Shown: in pieces, positions 9,146-17,445 of the stretch
Layout of the letters: every line of letters starts with the position of its first letter
How positions within the stretch are numbered: position 1 is the first letter of the stretch
Origin: an uncultured virus (IMG/VR IMGVR_UViG_3300025840_005100)
Lineage: Duplodnaviria > Heunggongvirae > Uroviricota > Caudoviricetes
Length of the DNA: 20,000 nt
Virus record (IMG/VR): IMGVR_UViG_3300025840_005100
Reading direction: 5' to 3' (one strand)
The notes under the pieces: generated by a model
Seen by the model: the letters and a program-made list of their open reading frames with translations, nothing else
What the model was told of the DNA's origin: nothing
Database searches by the model: none
Position numbers and translations under genes: made by a program

Positions 9146-10444
9146 ATGAAAAAACTATTTTTTATCCTGTTACTTTTAACATCTTGTTCTAAAGAAGAAA
9201 TTTTTGAAGAGATTATTAATAATGATGTTACTATTGAAAATCTAATAACCAAACCCTTTGTTTCAGAAATAAACAAAACTACCACACATTATTCTCCTTT
9301 TGTTTCAGAAATAAACAAAACTACCGGACATTATTCTCCTTATTTTATACCTTTTTTTGATTACTACAACCAAATTTCTAATTTTGCTAAAGAAGCAAGT
9401 TGTAAAAATTTAGGTGGAAGAACTTGGTTAAATATAAATGGTAATGATACACCTGACCAAGTTATCACATTAGGAAATGATTGTGGAGATACTCACACTA
9501 AATTATATCTTTTAATTGACAATGTAATTTTAGATATATTCGAAACTCCTCATTTTGGTGGAACTAGTAAAGTTTCTAGTGGGGATTTTAATAATGATGG
9601 AGTTGATGATATTGTTTTATTTCATGCTGGAAAAGATAATGATAATGGACTTGCTGAAGGAACTTCTTTATATGTAGTATTTTTCGATAAAGAAGGAAAT
9701 CATGAGATAAAAAAATTATCGGATAGGAAAGAATATTATCACTCTGGTGCAATTGGGGATGTGGATAATGATGGAGATATAGATATTTTACCTGTTGGAG
9801 CACAAAATAATGATGGTATTTTATTTAAGAACGATGGAAATGGTAATTTTGAAGAAGTAAAAGTATTAGGAGGAGAAGATTTAGTAAACGCATTTGCTTC
9901 TGAATTATACGATGTAAATGGAGATGGTAATTTAGATTTTATATTGGGAGGACATGAATGGCATGAATTTGACAATTGGGAATGGAAAAATAGAATATAT
10001 TTAGGAAATGGTAATGGAACATTTCAACCAGAACCAATTAGATTACCAACAATGGAAAATTGGCAAGTTGTTTTAGATTTTGATTTTTATGATTTAGATA
10101 ATGATGGTAGTGATGAGATAATAATAACAAGAACTGGTGGAATATCTAATAACTATTCTTTTACAGATGGGTTTTATCAATCCTTTAAAATAGAAATACT
10201 TTCTAAAGATGGTAATAGTTATAGAAGAGTTAATTCATTAAATGCTCCAATCGGATATGAAAATACTTGGGTGGAATATATAAAATGGACTGGTGTGTAT
10301 GATGTTGATGGTGATGGATATCTTGATATAGTTCCTGATGATGAAAACCTAAACGATAAATCATATCAATATTTATCAGAATATCGAGGACTGTATTATA
10401 AAGGAAATGGTAAACTTGAATTTGAAGAAAAATACAAAAAATGA
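9146..10444 (+). CDS. Lipoprotein with FG-GAP/VCBS Ca2+-binding repeats (beta-propeller-like)
   Basis: SPII signal MKKLFFILLLLTSC followed by SKEE; repeats GDFNNDGVDDI, GDVDNDGDIDI, YDVNGDGNLDF, YDLDNDGSDEI, YDVDGDGYLDI; NDGNGNF and GNGNGTF linkers. Confidence 0.85.
   Translation: MKKLFFILLLLTSCSKEEIFEEIINNDVTIENLITKPFVSEINKTTTHYSPFVSEINKTTGHYSPYFIPFFDYYNQISNFAKEASCKNLGGRTWLNINGNDTPDQVITLGNDCGDTHTKLYLLIDNVILDIFETPHFGGTSKVSSGDFNNDGVDDIVLFHAGKDNDNGLAEGTSLYVVFFDKEGNHEIKKLSDRKEYYHSGAIGDVDNDGDIDILPVGAQNNDGILFKNDGNGNFEEVKVLGGEDLVNAFASELYDVNGDGNLDFILGGHEWHEFDNWEWKNRIYLGNGNGTFQPEPIRLPTMENWQVVLDFDFYDLDNDGSDEIIITRTGGISNNYSFTDGFYQSFKIEILSKDGNSYRRVNSLNAPIGYENTWVEYIKWTGVYDVDGDGYLDIVPDDENLNDKSYQYLSEYRGLYYKGNGKLEFEEKYKK
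9257..9340 (+). repeat. 42-bp in-frame tandem duplication (2 copies, 40/42 identical)
   Basis: TTTGTTTCAGAAATAAACAAAACTACC(AC/GG)ACATTATTCTCCT at 9257-9298 and 9299-9340, encoding FVSEINKTT(T/G)HYSP twice. Confidence 0.95.
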
Positions 10445-11640
10445 GTTATAAAAACAATGCTTCTTATGAAAATTTAAGATTAGGAGGGAATTTACTACAA
10501 AATATATATATAAATGATGAATCAAAATTAATTTTAATTAAAGATGGTTCTAATTCTTTATTGACTATGTTCAATAATCATTTTGACAATGATTATTCTC
10601 ATTTTTCATCTTTTTTATTTAATTTTATTGACTTATTCAAACAAGATTATAAATTGGTACTTGATTGTACTTCTGTTACTACAAATGAATATACGCAATT
10701 TATAACAGGTCCTTATGTTATAACTAAATTAAGTTTTTTAGAAAAATTTAACGCAACCCATCAGATACCAAATGATTCAATTCAAATTTGGACATCATCT
10801 TCTCCTATTGAAAATATAGAAATAGCAAAAGAGTACTTAGAAAATGGTATTAAGGAAGAAAAACTAAATAACTTAATAAAATTAAATGAAAGATGGTCAC
10901 ATATTCTTTTGGATAAGCCATATAATATTGGTAATTTATCTAATGTATATCAAAAAAACACATTTGAAATACAAAATAAAAAATATAAGGTCATGGCTTT
11001 ATTCAATGACGCTTGGTCATCTGTAAATTTACATTCACTAATAGTATCTTTGTTATCATTGTTTGAGTCATCTGAAATAATTTATAATTTTAATGTTGCT
11101 AAAACTTTGATATACGATGAATCTACAAAAATAAAAGATTTAAACATAGAAAAAGCCCCTATTGCAAATATATTAAATATCTACAATAGACAACAATTAC
11201 CAAATATTTATAAAGAGTCTTTTGTAAATTTAATATCACCACAATTCATCGAGGATTCTCCATTATCTTATTTATCTTCCCATTATATACCAGATGAAAT
11301 ATATAAATCAATTTTAAATTTTCAACCTTTTATAGTTGTTAATAAAAAATATACATTAAAAAGACTTAGAAGAATTGGTTTTGTTACTTTTAATGATTGG
11401 TGGGATGAAAGTTATGATTCTTTTGAATATCATATAGATAGAACTGCTGCAGCAATATCCATTTTAAATTTAATATCATCAAAATCTATGAATGAAATTA
11501 ATCAGATGTATATGAGCATGAAAAGTGTACTAATTCATAATTTTAATTTAGCAGTTAAATTACAAAACGAATACAAAGGATTTTATAGCAAATCAACATA
11601 TTTTAACCCAACTTTTAATGATTATGAAAACTATATATAA
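10441..11640 (+). CDS. Degenerate member of the GT-like paralog family (paralog 3)
   Basis: Keeps SFVNLI, QPFIVV, GFVTFNDWWDESYD and MKSVLIHN; TET is replaced by SPQ and TEK by PDE. Confidence 0.6.
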   Translation: MSYKNNASYENLRLGGNLLQNIYINDESKLILIKDGSNSLLTMFNNHFDNDYSHFSSFLFNFIDLFKQDYKLVLDCTSVTTNEYTQFITGPYVITKLSFLEKFNATHQIPNDSIQIWTSSSPIENIEIAKEYLENGIKEEKLNNLIKLNERWSHILLDKPYNIGNLSNVYQKNTFEIQNKKYKVMALFNDAWSSVNLHSLIVSLLSLFESSEIIYNFNVAKTLIYDESTKIKDLNIEKAPIANILNIYNRQQLPNIYKESFVNLISPQFIEDSPLSYLSSHYIPDEIYKSILNFQPFIVVNKKYTLKRLRRIGFVTFNDWWDESYDSFEYHIDRTAAAISILNLISSKSMNEINQMYMSMKSVLIHNFNLAVKLQNEYKGFYSKSTYFNPTFNDYENYI

Positions 11641-12769
11641 TCATAATAAAAAGATAATATATACAGACCATATTCCTGTTTCTATAACTACGCTTTTTTC
11701 TGATTTAATAAATGAGGAAACAAAATTGTGGGCACTTTTTGATGAATTTTTACCATATTTTAAAAAGGGATATAAGTTTCTTCTGAATTATCATGCAGAA
11801 GCTGAAAATTATGAAGTATTGTTTAAACAACAGACAAAGGCAGGTAGATTGAAATACGATGTATTTTCAAGTATCCAACAGTATGGGAAGGTTCATGAAC
11901 TTAAAAATGACTTCTTTCAGATTTTAACAGCTTCAATGAACATAAAAGAACTAACAAATGAGATATACAGACCTTATGTACAACCGGTACTAGCTATGCA
12001 CAATGTTGTTGTTGAGATAGAAAATGAAAGAGCAGATGAGATAAGTATAGAAGAAATACAAACTGAAAATTTTACAAAAAAGTTTACCTTTTTAAATGGT
12101 AGAATACCATTAAGATTTCATAGAACAAGTTTATTTACAATATTAAAAGGAATTGGAGTACTTCAAAATTGTAATTATTCTTTCAATTCAAGAGGAGAGT
12201 ATCGAGAATACCCACAAATTTCATTTGAATCTGAAAATATAATTAATAGTGATAATAAAGAAAGAATTTTAGGATTTGGTACAAAAGCAAACTACGCCTC
12301 TTTTTGTAATATAGTTACAGAAACTATGTGGGATTATGACTACATGAAACACTATGAAGGTAGTAAATTTATAAGTGAAAAAAGTTATAAACCAATGGCT
12401 ATGTTACAACCATTTGTAATTGCTGGTCCTCACCAACATTTAAAAATGATTAAAGAATTCGGATTCAAAACATTTTCAGATTGGTGGGATGAGTCATATG
12501 ATGATGAAATTAATTCTTCTAAAAGATTGTCAAAAGTTGTAAAAACAATTATTGATATAAATAATTTATCCATGGATGAATGTAAATCTATCTATAAAGA
12601 AATGAAGCCTATTTTACTACATAATTATAATAGAATGAAAGATTTAACTTCAGTACACTATCCTGAATTTACTCTTCCTTCAGTATATTATCCAGAAGGG
12701 AATGGTATTGAGTATGGGTTTTCAAATCAATTAAATAGATACTTTGATTACAAACCATTGATAATATGA
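11618..12769 (+). CDS. Putative glycosyltransferase (GT10/GT47-like), paralog 4 (start may be ATG 11624)
   Basis: KKFTFLNGR...RFHR, SFCNIVTET, FISEKSYKPM..LQPFV, GFKTFSDWWDESYD, EMKPILLHN. Confidence 0.6.
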   Translation: MIMKTIYNHNKKIIYTDHIPVSITTLFSDLINEETKLWALFDEFLPYFKKGYKFLLNYHAEAENYEVLFKQQTKAGRLKYDVFSSIQQYGKVHELKNDFFQILTASMNIKELTNEIYRPYVQPVLAMHNVVVEIENERADEISIEEIQTENFTKKFTFLNGRIPLRFHRTSLFTILKGIGVLQNCNYSFNSRGEYREYPQISFESENIINSDNKERILGFGTKANYASFCNIVTETMWDYDYMKHYEGSKFISEKSYKPMAMLQPFVIAGPHQHLKMIKEFGFKTFSDWWDESYDDEINSSKRLSKVVKTIIDINNLSMDECKSIYKEMKPILLHNYNRMKDLTSVHYPEFTLPSVYYPEGNGIEYGFSNQLNRYFDYKPLII

Positions 12770-13869
12770 AGATAATTGTAGATAAAGATAGAAAATTACT
12801 TTTCACACCAACTATGCCTGTGGTTTTTTTTGATTTTTTTACAAAAAACTGTAATACAAAAGAAAAACTATATGAATTACTTGATGAGTTTGAGGATTAT
12901 TTATACGATTCTTATAAGTTTTGTTTAAACTACTCTAATGAGGGATTTGATTATTATTATATGATGGAAACTTTTGTAAAAAATAAAATTATAAAAGAAA
13001 ATCCATTTAATTGGTTATTGGAATATAAAAAAGATAGAGGTCATCATAATCCATTTTTTTCAATATTTACTGGAAATTTAAATGTAAATAAAATAGTACC
13101 AAGTCATTTAGAAGGTTTTTTTCATCCTCTTCTAAATATGCACTATATACCATCGATTCCTTCTGATGTTAATTCCCTTGAGAATCGTATTCTAACAAAA
13201 AAGTTTGTTTGTTTTAATGCAAGAGTTGAAAATAGATTTTATAGGTCATCTATATTTACTTTTTTAAAATCATTAAATATTTTAGATGAATGTAACTATT
13301 CTTTCAATTCAAGAGGTGAATATAATGAATATCCCACAATATGGTTTGAATCTAAAAAAGAAAGAGAAAGAGCCGAAAATGAAACAGGTGTTTTTAACTC
13401 TTCGATAGAATTACCAAATTCTAAACCATTTACTAATTCTTTTTGTAACATAGTTACAGAAACTTATTTTGATGGAAATTATGATAATTCATTTAGAGGT
13501 TCTTTTTTTATGAGCGAAAAAATTTATAAACCAATGATTTCATGTCAACCTTTTATAGTAGTTTCTTCATCAAATTATTTAAATCAAATGAGAGAACTTG
13601 GATTTAAAACATTTGACAAGTGGTGGGATGAAAGTTACGATGAGTGTGAAAATGGAATAGAAAGGTTATCAAAAATATGTAGATTGATAAAAAATTTATC
13701 TGAAAAATCAATCAATGAACTACAAGAAATGTATTTAGAAATGATTCCAACACTACATCATAATTTTAATTTAAGTTTTAAACTACCCGATTTGAATCCT
13801 GACTTAAAAAATCCAAACGCTGATTTTTATTTAGAATCAAAAGTAATGCATAGATTACTAGAAAAATAG
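12766..13869 (+). CDS. Putative glycosyltransferase (GT10/GT47-like), paralog 5
   Basis: KKFVCFNAR...RFYR, SFCNIVTET, FMSEKIYKPM..CQPFI, GFKTFDKWWDESYD, EMIPTLHHN. Confidence 0.6.
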   Translation: MKIIVDKDRKLLFTPTMPVVFFDFFTKNCNTKEKLYELLDEFEDYLYDSYKFCLNYSNEGFDYYYMMETFVKNKIIKENPFNWLLEYKKDRGHHNPFFSIFTGNLNVNKIVPSHLEGFFHPLLNMHYIPSIPSDVNSLENRILTKKFVCFNARVENRFYRSSIFTFLKSLNILDECNYSFNSRGEYNEYPTIWFESKKERERAENETGVFNSSIELPNSKPFTNSFCNIVTETYFDGNYDNSFRGSFFMSEKIYKPMISCQPFIVVSSSNYLNQMRELGFKTFDKWWDESYDECENGIERLSKICRLIKNLSEKSINELQEMYLEMIPTLHHNFNLSFKLPDLNPDLKNPNADFYLESKVMHRLLEK

Positions 13870-13882
13870 ATATTTATCTTAT

Positions 13883-14137
13883 ATGGATTCAGAAGAGTTT
13901 TATTGGAGAAATAAACTAACTAATCAACAATATATGAAAGAGATTCGTATTCGTTCTCTTGCGTGGATGTTAGATTGTTATCAAAGAGGAACTATTCGAA
14001 GAAGAACTATAAAAAATCTTATACCAAAAGATTCTTTAGAAATATTACTTCAAGAAATGGAAGAAAGAGAAAGATATGAAGATTGTGCCGTTATATATGA
14101 TGTTATTAAAAAAATATACTTAGATGGTAAAGTTTGA
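13883..14137 (+). CDS. Small protein with C-terminal UVR-like motif
   Basis: EMEERERYEDCAVIYDVI resembles the UVR motif; TATTTAT upstream. Confidence 0.65.
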   Translation: MDSEEFYWRNKLTNQQYMKEIRIRSLAWMLDCYQRGTIRRRTIKNLIPKDSLEILLQEMEERERYEDCAVIYDVIKKIYLDGKV

Positions 14138-15293
14138 TTTTGTTTATTATAATCCATTGACTAAAAACTTCAAAACAACTGAACTTTGGAATATACCTTT
14201 ATTTTTAATTCATAATTTTAAAAATAAAAAAATATTTTTTGAATTTATGAATCAGTTTTTACCTTGGCTGGAAACTGGTTCTAAACTATATTTTGATAAT
14301 TCTCATGAATTTTCAAATTTCCAGCTTCAGATAGATGATTACTTTGGAAAAAGTGAAAATCCATTTGATTGGGTAAATGAATTTATTATGAATAATAATT
14401 TGAAAAATAATAGTATTCAGTTTATATCTGGAAATTATAGTATAAAAGACAACATGACTCAATCATATAAAAATTTGGTTTGTACTAATATTTTATTTTC
14501 AACATTTCCTGATTACTGTTTGGATTATAATTTTTTAGAAAAAAGAAAATTTAATAAAAAGTTTATTTGTATTTTAGGTAAAATAAGAGAAAATAGAGAA
14601 GAATTATTTAATTTTATGAAAAATGAAAATATTCTACCAAATTCTTTTTATTCTTTTAATACAGTATGGAGTAGAGAAGATAAAGAAGTACATTATCTTG
14701 AAGATGTGGAATTTACTAAAGATAAAAAACAATCTGAACTAGTTTCTTATTTTCAAAAAGGAGGAACCGATTATCAATCGAAATCATTTTTAAATTTAGT
14801 TAGTGAAACCTTTTTTTATAGTAATGAATATGGAGATTATAGTGGTAGGGGTGTTTCTTATTTAAGTGAAAAGATTTTTAAAGCAATTTGTTTTTGTCAA
14901 CCGTTTATATTAATTTCCAAGCCAAAATCTTTAAATTTTTTAAAAGAACTTGGTTTTAAAACATTTTCAGATTGGTGGGATGAATCATATGATGATGAAA
15001 TGGATGATACTTTAAGATTTGAAAAGATAAAAAAAGAAATTTTAAAAATAAATGAATGGGAAATAAAAAAGTGTATTGATATATATAAGCAGATGATACC
15101 TATATTAAAACATAATTATGATTTAACATGGAAGATATTTAATGATTCAAAATATAAAGTAGAATTTAAAGAATATATGTTTAATCATGTAAGAGAAACA
15201 AAAGAGCAGATTTTCAATATAGATAGAAATTTGGAAATAACAATAGACAAGGATGAATATGATTTTAATCACAGTAAATATAGATTGATATAG
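14124..15293 (+). CDS. Putative glycosyltransferase (GT10/GT47-like), paralog 6
   Basis: KKFICILGKIRENR, SFLNLVSET, YLSEKIFKAI..CQPFI, GFKTFSDWWDESYD, MIPILKHN. Confidence 0.6.
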   Translation: MVKFDFVYYNPLTKNFKTTELWNIPLFLIHNFKNKKIFFEFMNQFLPWLETGSKLYFDNSHEFSNFQLQIDDYFGKSENPFDWVNEFIMNNNLKNNSIQFISGNYSIKDNMTQSYKNLVCTNILFSTFPDYCLDYNFLEKRKFNKKFICILGKIRENREELFNFMKNENILPNSFYSFNTVWSREDKEVHYLEDVEFTKDKKQSELVSYFQKGGTDYQSKSFLNLVSETFFYSNEYGDYSGRGVSYLSEKIFKAICFCQPFILISKPKSLNFLKELGFKTFSDWWDESYDDEMDDTLRFEKIKKEILKINEWEIKKCIDIYKQMIPILKHNYDLTWKIFNDSKYKVEFKEYMFNHVRETKEQIFNIDRNLEITIDKDEYDFNHSKYRLI

Positions 15294-15295
15294 AC

Positions 15296-16297
15296 ATGAA
15301 AATCAATGAAATAGAAAATGACTTATCTAAATACATTTTAAATAGTCAGGAAATGACACAAATGGTGCGTCCACAGTTTCATATATTATCATTAGATAAG
15401 TGTATGATTTTTAATGGACCTAAGATGGGAAGTACAACTACACAAGTTGCATTAACTACAAATCCAGCTGTTTTTCATATAGATTATACTGATATTAAAA
15501 AAAGTAAACAGAGTGAAGATGGAATTAAAAACTTAAAAAAACAACTTGATTATGATAAGCAGTCAAAATTTCTACATAATGATTTACTAAACATTGAAAA
15601 TGTTCAAAAAGACTGGGATGATTTGTGTAATAATAAAATAAAAAAAGATGTAATAATTTTATTTAGAGACCCATTTAAGAGATATGTATCAGCTTTTGCT
15701 CAAGATTTTATTAAAGATTTTATGTTTCAACCATATAAAAAGGAAGAAATTCCTTGGTGGCAGGACCCATCAGTAACCGGAAATAATATAAAATCTAACA
15801 AACAATCACATCCGTATTTAATTGGATTTTTGATGGAATCCGGATTCAGTCAATCTGATATTGATTCTTATTTACAGTATGAGTTAATTAATGGTGCGCC
15901 TAAACGAAATTCAAATGAAAGAAAAATATTTACAAAGATAATGACATTGTTATTTAGAAATTACTTTAAATTATCTATGTCTAATTATAGACATTATAGA
16001 ACTTATATAACACAACACATTGTTTTATTTAATTCATTGGGTAATTCAAAATCTAAAGTAAAATTTATAAACATTGATAAAACTAATTTTGGTGAATATT
16101 TGTCTCAATATGATGAAAGATTTAATAGTAATAAAAATAATGATTCTTCACCTGTAAATGAAATACTTGAAGAAGTGATAATATCTGAAATGAGTCACTC
16201 TAATGATGTAAAATATTACATAAACTTTATTTTATCATATGAATACATGGCATATTACGATTTATATAACACATATACAAAAAATATTTTAGAATAA
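15296..16297 (+). CDS. PAPS-dependent sulfotransferase (Sulfotransfer_2-like)
   Basis: 5'-PSB loop GPKMGSTT and 3'-PB motif ILFRDPFKRYVSAF. Confidence 0.75.
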   Translation: MKINEIENDLSKYILNSQEMTQMVRPQFHILSLDKCMIFNGPKMGSTTTQVALTTNPAVFHIDYTDIKKSKQSEDGIKNLKKQLDYDKQSKFLHNDLLNIENVQKDWDDLCNNKIKKDVIILFRDPFKRYVSAFAQDFIKDFMFQPYKKEEIPWWQDPSVTGNNIKSNKQSHPYLIGFLMESGFSQSDIDSYLQYELINGAPKRNSNERKIFTKIMTLLFRNYFKLSMSNYRHYRTYITQHIVLFNSLGNSKSKVKFINIDKTNFGEYLSQYDERFNSNKNNDSSPVNEILEEVIISEMSHSNDVKYYINFILSYEYMAYYDLYNTYTKNILE

Positions 16298-16308
16298 ATT
16301 ATTTAATT

Positions 16309-16446
16309 ATGAGCAGTAAATTTTTTGGAAACAAACACGAATCAAATAATGGTTCAAGAGGAAAACAAAACAAAGTAACTCAAGGTGGAAACCGCACTAA
16401 TAACAAAAGAAATAGTGGGGTGAAAAAATCAGGTCGTGGTAGATAG
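16309..16446 (+). CDS. 45-aa basic G/N/K/R-rich peptide (not in ORF track)
   Basis: MSSKFFGNKHESNNGSRGKQNKVTQGGNRTNNKRNSGVKKSGRGR; fills the gap. Confidence 0.6.
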   Translation: MSSKFFGNKHESNNGSRGKQNKVTQGGNRTNNKRNSGVKKSGRGR

Positions 16447-16546
16447 GGAATGGGATTTTTTATATTGGGATGATACAGACTACGATGATGAATGGGTAGA
16501 TGATAAACCCAAAAACCCAAAAACAGGAACAACAATAGAAGATTAA
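16436..16546 (+). CDS. 36-aa acidic W/D-rich peptide (GTG start; not in ORF track)
   Basis: MVDREWDFLYWDDTDYDDEWVDDKPKNPKTGTTIED; overlaps the previous stop and ends 1 nt before ATG 16548. Confidence 0.5.
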   Translation: MVDREWDFLYWDDTDYDDEWVDDKPKNPKTGTTIED

Positions 16547-16547
16547 G

Positions 16548-17423
16548 ATGAAAAAAAAGTTATTAATAACTTTGGGAGACTCTTTTACAGAAGGAGTTGG
16601 TTGTTGGGATTATACTTTATTATCTAAAGAAACCATTACTTATATAAATAATTGGAAATTAGATAATGGTAGTATACTACATAATTCAAAATCCAAATAC
16701 ATTCATGATATAAAAGAATCAGAGCACAAGAATAACTTTCATTTAAAAGGTTGGCCAAATAAATTAGGAAAAAAATTAAAGTTCGATAAAGTTGTAAATT
16801 TAGGTAATGCGGGAGATTCTAACTCATCACAAGCAAAGAAATTTTACCAAAAATATATAAATAAAGATTTAACTAATTGGGATGTGTGTGTTGTTTGGTT
16901 ACTAACTTTTCCTGGTAGATTTTCATTTTATATGGGAGATGGTATTCGAAGTTACCAATTACCAGAGGATTCAAAAAATGAGATTTTCTCGGAATACTAT
17001 TACAAAGAATTAGTAAATAGGTCAATTTTTTCCAAATATGAAAATCAATCTGATTATTTTATAGAACTCAGTACTAATTTAGAATCTAACTATTATTTAA
17101 ATACAGTAGAAACTCTATGTAAATTAAAGGGATTTGGTATTTATTCTTTTATGTATGATAGCGATTGTATAGATGATTTAAAAAAAGTATGTACTGCTAA
17201 TTCTTTAATAGATACAAATCCAACTCAACATCCAAACAGACCGAAATACGAAAGATATGGTAAATCAAAATTGTGTGGTCATTTTAATGAAGATGGGTAT
17301 GAGCATATGGCAAATAATATGTATCAAATTTTATGCGAGAGAGGAATTCATATTGGAAAAAACGAAAATGATTTTATTGAATGGGAATGGGATGGAAATC
17401 CTGTATCAACTTTATCGATATGA
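16548..17423 (+). CDS. SGNH/GDSL hydrolase-like protein
   Basis: LITLGDSFTEG, VVNLGNAGDSN, C-terminal CGHFNEDGYEHMA. Confidence 0.75.
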   Translation: MKKKLLITLGDSFTEGVGCWDYTLLSKETITYINNWKLDNGSILHNSKSKYIHDIKESEHKNNFHLKGWPNKLGKKLKFDKVVNLGNAGDSNSSQAKKFYQKYINKDLTNWDVCVVWLLTFPGRFSFYMGDGIRSYQLPEDSKNEIFSEYYYKELVNRSIFSKYENQSDYFIELSTNLESNYYLNTVETLCKLKGFGIYSFMYDSDCIDDLKKVCTANSLIDTNPTQHPNRPKYERYGKSKLCGHFNEDGYEHMANNMYQILCERGIHIGKNENDFIEWEWDGNPVSTLSI

Positions 17424-17445
17424 AAAAAATACATGAATATTAACT

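Noticed and set aside
90..9975. Minus-strand ORFs in the track (90-320, 886-1317, 1590-1805, 3821-4114, 4721-5167, 5064-5264, 5116-5301, 7935-8144, 8329-8583, 8773-9006, 9037-9285, 9588-9803, 9739-9975)
   Set aside because: All are antisense shadows of well-supported + strand genes, with no motifs and atypical composition.
6660..15001. Recurring TGGTGGGATGA...TATGA sequence as a CRISPR repeat or DGR TR/VR pair
   Set aside because: The copies are in-frame codons of the WWDESYD motif about 1 kb or more apart; there is no spacer periodicity, no cas or reverse transcriptase gene, and no adenine-specific mismatch pattern.
4389..17423. Ordinary bacterial LPS/capsule locus
   Set aside because: No flippase, polymerase, chain-length or export genes and no classical GT2/GT4 are visible; the enzymes are interleaved with tiny phage-like ORFs. 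Not fully excluded without flanking sequence.
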